Shown here: positions 57,654-64,000 of the stretch, one piece after another
Numbering within the stretch: position 1 is the stretch's first letter
Layout: each line of letters begins with the position of its first letter
Assembly: GCA_016234805.1 (NCBI GenBank)
Contig: JACRNU010000019.1
Location: forward strand, 562 to 64,561
Reading direction: 5' to 3'
DNA from: Elusimicrobiota bacterium
GTDB lineage: Bacteria; Elusimicrobiota; Elusimicrobia; UBA1565; UBA9628
DNA: 64,000 nt
Notes under the pieces: generated by a model
The model's database searches: none
What the model was told of the DNA's origin: nothing
What the model saw: only the letters and a program-made list of their open reading frames with translations
Position numbers and translations under genes: made by a program

Positions 57654-58763
57654 TCAGGCCTTCCGCAGCAATGCCAGCACTTCAACATGGTGGGTGAGCG
57701 GGAAGAAGTCATAGGGCAGGAGCCGCTCCACGACCAACCCGTCAGCTTCGAGATCCCGGAGGTCCCGGGCCAGGGTGCCGGCGCTGCAGGACAGGTAGGC
57801 TGCCCGCTCCGGGGCCATGGAGGAGACCCACTGTCGGACCACGGGCTCCAGTCCGCCGCGCGGCGGGTTCACCGCCAATAGACGCCGCTCGCCGCGATGC
57901 TCCGCCAGAAAAGCATCGAGTTGCGGAAGCCTTAGGCCGCAGGCTCCGCGCAAAACCCTGGCCCCGGGCGCATTGGCCTGGCCGCACTCCACAGCCTCGC
58001 CTGAAAGCTCGACCCCGACGCAGGCCGCGCCAGCCGCGGCGGCCCGGGCCAGGCCCTTGCCGATGCCGCAATACAGGTCCACAAAGACCGCGCCGGGTCC
58101 GGGCCTGAGGTGGCTGTTCATGGCATCCAGGGCCGAGCCGTGCAGGGCTGCCTGCGGCTGGCTGAACGCGGTCGGCCCGTGCAGAGCGCCCTGCGAGTCC
58201 CGCGAGCGCGGCACGCCCCAGAGCAGTTTCCAGCCGCTCCTGCAAAACAGCCGGCGGCCTGCTGACGGATGAAGGTGAAGCCACAATCCTTCCACGCCCA
58301 GGAATCCGAGACGCGGCCCCAACGCTGGTGCCCACCCGGCATCGGCTGAGCGGGCTTTCACGATCAGGGTGACCTGGGCGCCTGAGACCGCTACGAACGC
58401 CAGCGGGAACTCCGGCCCAGGAGGCAGGGCACGGGCCAGAGCAGCCAGGGCAGCGTTGACCCGGGGAGCGTGCACCGGGCAGTCCGGGATGGCCAGGAAC
58501 TCGTCTCGCCGGTCGCGGTGCCGCACCATGCCGAAGCGCCAGCCCGCGTCCCCATCCCAGACAGCATTGAGGCTTACTCGTTCGCGGTAGCCCAGGCTCC
58601 GCGATGCGGGCTCGAGGGCAGCCAGGCGACCCATCCAGGGCGCCAGCGCCGCGGCGAGGTAGGCCTGTTTTTGCGCCGCGCTCTCTTCAGCCGAGAGGTT
58701 CCGATGCCTGCACCCGTGGCAGGCGGGTTCGCAGCCGTGGGGCAGGGAAGGCAAGTCCATCAT
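57654..58763 (-). CDS. TrmA/RlmD-family RNA m5U methyltransferase
   Basis: CEPACHGC, AFSQ, DLYCGIG, NPPRGGL, YLSC and DFFPLTHHVE. Confidence 0.85.
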   Translation of the reverse strand: MMDLPSLPHGCEPACHGCRHRNLSAEESAAQKQAYLAAALAPWMGRLAALEPASRSLGYRERVSLNAVWDGDAGWRFGMVRHRDRRDEFLAIPDCPVHAPRVNAALAALARALPPGPEFPLAFVAVSGAQVTLIVKARSADAGWAPALGPRLGFLGVEGLWLHLHPSAGRRLFCRSGWKLLWGVPRSRDSQGALHGPTAFSQPQAALHGSALDAMNSHLRPGPGAVFVDLYCGIGKGLARAAAAGAACVGVELSGEAVECGQANAPGARVLRGACGLRLPQLDAFLAEHRGERRLLAVNPPRGGLEPVVRQWVSSMAPERAAYLSCSAGTLARDLRDLEADGLVVERLLPYDFFPLTHHVEVLALLRKA

Positions 58764-58807
58764 CGGTTTCCGATGGTATCATAACAAGCTATACTCTCCT
58801 TGCCAAA

Positions 58808-59806
58808 ATGAAAAGCAAGCCGGCTGTCGACGTCTACGGCATCGGCAACGCTCTCATCGACATCCAGATGGCGGTTGAGGATCCCGTCCTCGACGCCATC
58901 TTCTCAGGCCCGCCCAAGGGCGGCCCGGAGAAGATCGGCAAGGGCAACATGCACCTCGTGGATTCCGGCTTCCAAGGGGAGCTCATCGGGAGGCTCGAAG
59001 GCCGCGACCGCGCCACCGTATCGGGCGGGAGCGCGTGCAACACCATGATCGGCATCGCCCAACTCGGCTGCCCCGCGGCCTATTGCGGCAAGGTCGCGGA
59101 CGATTCCTTCGGCTGGTTCTTCGGCAAGGACCTCACCGCGGCAGGCGTGGTCTACGGAGTGCCTCCGGGAAGGAAGGGCACCGGCACCTGCGTGGTGCTG
59201 GTCACCCCGGACGCCCAGCGCACCATGTTCACGAACCTGGGCATCAGCATCGAGCTGACCCCCGCGGACCTGGACCTCGACGCCATCGCCAAGGCGAAGT
59301 GGGTCTACATCGAGGGCTACCTCTGGGACGCTGCCGGCCCCAAGGCCGCTTCCGAACTCGCCATGGAGCACGCCAAGAAGCACGGCGTGAAAGTGGCTTA
59401 CAGCTTCTCTGACTCTTTCTGCGTGAACCGGGCCCTCGCGGACTTCCGGAGGTTCACCAAGGAGTACGTGGACCTCGTGTTCTGCAACCAAGACGAGGCC
59501 TGCGCCTTCGCGGGCCGGGATAACGCCGAGGAAGCGCTCTCTGAGATCGCGAAATACGACACAGGCGTGGCCCTAACCCTCGGAGCCGAGGGGTCCATCC
59601 TCGCCCTGGACGGCAAGCGCCACGACATCAAGCCCATCCCGGTCAAGCCCGTGGACACCACCGGCGCCGGGGACCTCTACGCCGCCGGGACCATCGCGGG
59701 CCTGTGCCGGGGACTCCCCCCACAAGAAGCGGGAACGCTGGGCGCGAGCATGGCCGCCAAGGTCATCGCCGTGCGCGGCGCCCGCATCCCCGCCTCGGCG
59801 CTCTAA
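58808..59806 (+). CDS. PfkB family (adenosine kinase-like) kinase
   Basis: GIGNALID, SGGSACNT, YIEGYLWD and DTTGAGDLYAAG. Confidence 0.92.
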   Translation: MKSKPAVDVYGIGNALIDIQMAVEDPVLDAIFSGPPKGGPEKIGKGNMHLVDSGFQGELIGRLEGRDRATVSGGSACNTMIGIAQLGCPAAYCGKVADDSFGWFFGKDLTAAGVVYGVPPGRKGTGTCVVLVTPDAQRTMFTNLGISIELTPADLDLDAIAKAKWVYIEGYLWDAAGPKAASELAMEHAKKHGVKVAYSFSDSFCVNRALADFRRFTKEYVDLVFCNQDEACAFAGRDNAEEALSEIAKYDTGVALTLGAEGSILALDGKRHDIKPIPVKPVDTTGAGDLYAAGTIAGLCRGLPPQEAGTLGASMAAKVIAVRGARIPASAL

Positions 59807-59949
59807 CCGCAGTCTAGGCGGCCCAAGCGTCCGAGGGCGTTATCGTAAGTGCCGCCCCCAGAAGAACCGACGCCGGACGGGCCATTCCCGATGGTATCAT
59901 GAGTCCCATGCCCTTGGGAGCCGGTGAGCAGGGCTGGGAAGGAGCGGCC

Positions 59950-60471
59950 TTACGACAAGACCCGGTCCAGCACGGCGGATAGGGATAGCCTGGCCGCCCA
60001 ACGCCTGAGATAGGAGCGGTCGAGACGACTTTCCTCGTCCTCGATCTGCCTCTGGGATCCGCTTTCCACGCTCCAGCGCAATTTCGCCAGAATCAGGTCC
60101 TCCGGCGAGATGACGCTGACCCGCAGGCCGAAGACCTTCTCCTCGTGCCGCCTCCGAAAGGCGACCCGCCCATACTCGTCCCCGGAAAGAAGATAGAAAT
60201 CGACCTTGAAGCCCGAGTCCTTGTGGATCGCGTTGAAATGCCCGCCCGACTCCCGAGCCTCCTCCAGAGTCTCCGCGTCGAAGTAGAAGCCCTTCGCCAG
60301 AGCAGCGACCAAGGCCTTCATGCCCGCCGGCTTGATGGCGACCACCAAGTCGGCATCGAAAGTGGACCTGAGCCGTCCGTAGAGGTTGGAGGCATAGGAC
60401 CCGGTCAGCATGTAGGGCACGGCCAGCCGGTCAAGGACCCTCAGAACGGCGATGAGAGGCTCGTCGCTCAT
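59950..60471 (-). CDS. Nucleotidyltransferase-fold protein (DUF6036-like)
   Basis: YMLTGSYAS...RSTFDADL, KVDF and SPEDLILAKL. Confidence 0.7.
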   Translation of the reverse strand: MSDEPLIAVLRVLDRLAVPYMLTGSYASNLYGRLRSTFDADLVVAIKPAGMKALVAALAKGFYFDAETLEEARESGGHFNAIHKDSGFKVDFYLLSGDEYGRVAFRRRHEEKVFGLRVSVISPEDLILAKLRWSVESGSQRQIEDEESRLDRSYLRRWAARLSLSAVLDRVLS

Positions 60472-60689
60472 GCCGAGCCGTAGAACCTCGTGAAAAGCCC
60501 GCGGGGAAGCACGTGGGCAAGAACGCGCAAGCGCATGCGGCTGGCCGAAAGTCTCCCCTCGCGGGAGCGGATGCCGGCCTCCAGAAGCCTGAGGTTGGCC
60601 TCTCGAAGCGCTGCCGCGGCGCTGAGCCGCTGGTCCGGATTCATCCCCCTCAAGATGAGCGCCTGTCGATCCACCATTCTGCCATTCAT
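60468..60689 (-). CDS. Small helical partner protein (antitoxin-like)
   Basis: 73 aa, LRGMNPDQRL...AGIRSR; ATGA-coupled to the NTase gene; TACAAT-6-ATG promoter. Confidence 0.6.
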   Translation of the reverse strand: MNGRMVDRQALILRGMNPDQRLSAAAALREANLRLLEAGIRSREGRLSASRMRLRVLAHVLPRGLFTRFYGSA

Positions 60690-60940
60690 GGGATCATTGT
60701 ACCAGAAGAGATACGTAGGAATCATAAGCGCCCGCGCATAACATAATGCCATGGGAGGCCAGGATCTTGGCGGGAAAGGCCGGTTTTTCGAGGCCGGCTA
60801 CGCGGCCGGGCAGAGCCCGGTTGCGCCGGGGTCTTCAGTCGGCGGGAAGGCTATCAATGAAGTGCGGCTCAATCCGCGCTCGCGCTCGGCGCGGTTTTGG
60901 CGCGCGGTCAGGCGAAACGAAGGACCCTAGGAGGATACCC

Positions 60941-61366
60941 ATGCGGATTGACGCGGACAAGAGCAAGTGGACGGCGGCCAGCCGGCGCTCTCCACTGACG
61001 TCAGGGTACTACGAGGACGAGGAGTACCAATGCCGCAAATGCCGCCGCAAGGCCGTCTATTCGGCGCAAGAGCAAAAGCGGGACGCCGAAGAGCGCAAGC
61101 TCTACGTCTGGACGCGGCGGATCTTGTGCCCTGAGTGCCACCGCGCCAAGCTTAGGATCGACGCGCGGCTCAAGACCTACGAAGTACGGTGGCCGGCCAA
61201 GAAAAAGGAGCTCCACAACCTCGCGAACTTCGCCTCGGAGTGGATCCAGCTGCTCGAGGAAGCCGGCGCCTATTGGGCCAAGGCTCCCTTCGGGATGGTC
61301 AAGACGCTGCGGCCGATCGCGGAGCTCGGCCGGAAGCGGCGCTCCTCCGGCCGAAAAACCGGCTAG
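60941..61366 (+). CDS. Zinc-ribbon domain protein
   Basis: AGGAGG RBS; YEDEEYQCRKC...YSAQEQK...LCPEC. Confidence 0.7.
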   Translation: MRIDADKSKWTAASRRSPLTSGYYEDEEYQCRKCRRKAVYSAQEQKRDAEERKLYVWTRRILCPECHRAKLRIDARLKTYEVRWPAKKKELHNLANFASEWIQLLEEAGAYWAKAPFGMVKTLRPIAELGRKRRSSGRKTG

Positions 61367-61608
61367 AGGTCGCTGTACTTCGTCATCTTCCCGCGGGCCT
61401 TGCGGACGGGATACTTGAGGGCGTTCTTCTTCATCTTCCTGAAGGCCGCGTCGATGAGGTCGATGCCCGTGACTTGGCCCAAGCGCAGAAGATAAAGATA
61501 GGTGTCGGCGAGCTCGTCGGCGAGCGCCTCGCGCCGTTGGGGCGTGAGCTTCGAGGCTTCCTTCTCGCTCAGCCACTGGAAGATCTCGACGACCTCTGCC
61601 GCGGGCAT
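61363..61608 (-). pseudogene. MazG-like (dCTP pyrophosphatase-type) nucleotide pyrophosphohydrolase lacking its N-terminal part
   Basis: EVVEIFQW, DELADTYLYL and KNALKYP present; the usual RDWxQFHxPKNL segment is absent; TTGTCA-17-TATTCT-7-ATG promoter is intact. Confidence 0.7.
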
Positions 61609-61772
61609 GGCGGGAAGAATACAAAGCCTGCGCTGGGCTGACAAGCGCGTGAGGCCGGCGGGGGGCGCAGATAACGCCTAGACGGAATTATGATTATGCC
61701 GGCCTGGCGAGAAAAAATATCTAGAGTTATACTGATCGGTACAACCCACGTGTGTTCTGGGACACCTGACCC

Positions 61773-62354
61773 TTGATCCATATCCTCCTCGCCGCCGCGC
61801 TCGTCCCGGCGTTCGCGTCCGCCGACGCCCCGGCCTCGAAGCCGCTCGAGGACGCCGTCTGCTGCGGCAACAACCGCTACGAAGAAGCGCTCCGCCTTTT
61901 CCGCCGCATCAAGCGGCCCTCCGAGCAGGACCTCTACCTCGCGGCCTTCACCTGGATGCAGCTGCACGAGCCCGGCCGCGCCGTGCCCCTCTTAAAGCGC
62001 GCCTCCCAGAGCGGCTTCGCCGGGCTCGAGGGCTGGCCGACCTCCGCGGACCTCCTCGATCGCGCGGCGCGCTTCGAGAAAGCCAAGCCGCCTCTCCGCG
62101 CCGCCCAACCCGCGCGGCGGATCACGATCCACGCGCCGAAGGGAGGCGAGTGGAGCAAGAACATCATCGACGCCGTCACCGCGTGGGAGAAAGTCGGCCG
62201 GGACATCTTCGGCGCGGCCCTGCCGCCGATCGAGCTCTATCTCTTCGAGGAGCGCCCGTCCTTCGACGAATTTTACACGGCCGCTTTCGCCCTCCCGGCG
62301 CCGACCGATTGGCAGGACGCCACCGGCAACATCGGCATCGTCGTCGATTCGTAG
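61773..62354 (+). pseudogene. Exported TPR-like protein, probably 3'-truncated at the mobile element end
   Basis: Signal peptide, TPR-like helices, IELYLF; stops abruptly inside the recurring site. Confidence 0.5.
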
Positions 62355-62670
62355 GCGGCATAAGCGGCCGGATGTAACACAATGAATAAGGTTCTATCGG
62401 CAGTGCGGCAGCATTGCTGATAGAACATATTGAGCGAAGCCGCTTCGCCGCTATGGGGATTCTATCAGAAAATCCGGCGGGGCAGCGTTGAAGACGTGCC
62501 CGATGACGTGCGTCGGCGGGGCAGAGATGTGATGGTTGGGCAAGGCAATGCCATGGCGTGTGAGACAAGAAGGACGTCCCGGACGTGAGAACGGCGGTCG
62601 AAGACAGCAGGGCCTGATCGCTGCGCAGATGGAGCGATTGTCATTGAAGATGACGCCGTGAGGTGGCTGG

Positions 62671-63921
62671 TCATGAAGAGTCGAAGACCTCGGGCCACCA
62701 GGCCCGAAGCAAGACGGCGGGAACCTTTTGCAGTTCGGCGACGACCAGCATAGTACCCTTCCCGCAGTCCGGGCACCGGGCGAGGTCCTCGCCGGTGAGT
62801 TCCCGCAGGCGCTCCTGGGGCGATTGTCCTTCCGGCTCGGGGACGTCGGGAGCCATGCCCAGCAGTTCACGGCAGCGCTTGAGGTCCGAAGCCTTGGCGC
62901 GATTGGCGAGGAACCCGAAATGGCGGATGCGGACAAAGGCAGGCGGGAGCGCATGGAGGAGGAAGCGGCGGATGAACTCGTCGGCCTGGAGGGTCAAGGG
63001 CTTGATGACGTTGCCGTGGGTGCGGTCGCAGAACCTGAACGTGACGGCTCCGTTTTGGACGTTGAGGATGCGGTCGTTGGAGATGGCGACGCGGTGGACG
63101 TAGCGCGCGAGGTAGCCGAGGACCTTGCGGGGTCCTCCGAAGGGAGGCTGGGCATAGACGATCCAGTTCTTTTGGTAGAGCGGGTCGATGAGGCTGAAGA
63201 AACCTTCCGGGGTTGCCCACTGGACCGTTGAGCCCGGGAAATGGAGCTTGCCTTGGGCGAAGGCCTCTTTGAGTGCCCCGAGGTACTTGGCTCGGAAGAC
63301 GAGGGCGAGGTTGCGTACGGGGAAGAGGAACTTCTTGGGCGCGTGGACCCAGTGCTCGCCGTCTGGGGAGAGGACGCCGGCCGGGATGAGGCAGTGGAGG
63401 TGGACGTGCTGGAGGAGCTTCTGGTCCCAGGTGTGCAGGACCGCGATGAAGCCGAGCTTGCCGCCGAGGCGGCTTCGTGGGTCGCGGGCGAACTGCTGGA
63501 GGGTCTGGGCGACGCAGCGGAAGAGGGCGTCAAGGGCAAGAGGCTTGTTGCGCAGGATCAAGGGATTGAGCTCGTGGGGCAGGGTGAAGACGGCGTGGAA
63601 GTACGGCACGGGCAAGAGCTCGGCGGTGCGGGCGTCGAGCCATTGGGCCTTGGCGAGGGACTGGCATTTGGGGCAGTGGCGGTTGCGGCAGGAGTTGTAG
63701 GCTTGGCGCTCGAACCCGCAGCGGTCGCAGTGCTCGACGTGTCCGCCGAGTGCTGGGGTGCGGCAGTCAACAACGTCGCGCATGATCTTGGCCTGCGCGG
63801 GCGGCAGGGGATGGGAGCGGCCGAAGTCCCCGCCATGGAGGCGGAAAACGTCCGCCAGCTCCCAGCGCGGCCTTGTGCGGCCGGCCGACCCTGCCGCCCC
63901 AGCGGGGCGGTGGCACGGCAT
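62671..63921 (-). CDS. IS91 family transposase (Zn-binding + Y2 domain)
   Basis: CRTPALGG, YNSCRNRHCPKC, HUH motif HVHLHC, YLARYVHR and RIRHFGFL. Confidence 0.95.
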   Translation of the reverse strand: MPCHRPAGAAGSAGRTRPRWELADVFRLHGGDFGRSHPLPPAQAKIMRDVVDCRTPALGGHVEHCDRCGFERQAYNSCRNRHCPKCQSLAKAQWLDARTAELLPVPYFHAVFTLPHELNPLILRNKPLALDALFRCVAQTLQQFARDPRSRLGGKLGFIAVLHTWDQKLLQHVHLHCLIPAGVLSPDGEHWVHAPKKFLFPVRNLALVFRAKYLGALKEAFAQGKLHFPGSTVQWATPEGFFSLIDPLYQKNWIVYAQPPFGGPRKVLGYLARYVHRVAISNDRILNVQNGAVTFRFCDRTHGNVIKPLTLQADEFIRRFLLHALPPAFVRIRHFGFLANRAKASDLKRCRELLGMAPDVPEPEGQSPQERLRELTGEDLARCPDCGKGTMLVVAELQKVPAVLLRAWWPEVFDSS

Positions 63922-63931
63922 GGCTGGGCGC

Positions 63932-64000
63932 TTACTGTGACTGCGCCGGAATCGCCAGCAGATCCAGGGGGCTCATGGTCGATTCGACCTTCTTGCGCGT
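63932..64000 (-). CDS. Site-specific tyrosine recombinase, C-terminal end (partial)
   Basis: TRKKVESTMSPLDLLAIPAQSQ-stop; an SPLD ending is typical of integrases paired with IS91-type transposases. Confidence 0.6.
   Translation of the reverse strand, partial: TRKKVESTMSPLDLLAIPAQSQ

Larger units (their letters stand above)
62346..64000 (-). mobile_element. Tyrosine recombinase + IS91-type (HUH/Y2) transposase element, partial
   Basis: Transposase, upstream recombinase C-terminus, and terminal hairpins at 62391-62426 and 62434-62448; boundary inferred. Confidence 0.8.

Noticed and set aside
59807..62400. Canonical integron cassette array
   Set aside because: Genes are in mixed orientations, and I could not find proper attC R/L box pairings or an intI in the window; kept only as a recurring-site finding

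Overview
High-GC bacterial chromosomal window. An Elusimicrobiota-like origin is my impression from gene style, not a demonstrated assignment. 1-23.9 kb is mostly housekeeping: lpxC(3' end)-fabZ-lpxA-lpxI-Gfo/Idh/MocA(GnnA-like)-lpxB, a ZIP transporter, a short Rel, a caspase-domain lipoprotein, DUF2130, a deaminase, a frameshifted peptidase/HAD fusion, rpmB/recG, a TolC-HlyD-ABC efflux operon, rubredoxin and a cupin. 23.9-32.3 kb is a signalling island (GspE/PilB-REC, REC, hybrid kinase, OmpR-type regulator, REC-GGDEF, a stand-alone DHp-like peptide) next to a degenerate IS4 that truncates a REC-thioesterase gene. 32.6-36 kb holds a secreted subtilase and the best candidate for an undescribed system: an unannotated 24-aa Cys/His peptide gene with its own promoter, followed by a long hairpin and an RRE-radical SAM-SPASM gene (putative RiPP). 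36-49 kb is a large copper/heavy-metal island (permease-HMA, CsoR, CusA/CusB/TolC, cytochrome c, a His/Gly-rich anchored protein, three variant metal-binding-domain proteins) headed by an RSPP-ending leader ORF. 49-60 kb carries CBS/CGL, QueG, an ECF operon, EamA, an RNA methyltransferase and a PfkB kinase. 59.8-64 kb is a cluster of small or damaged genes separated by a recurring ~39-bp site, ending in a tyrosine-recombinase/IS91-type element. No rRNA, tRNA or CRISPR array was seen. All family calls come from motif recognition by eye; no database searches were run.
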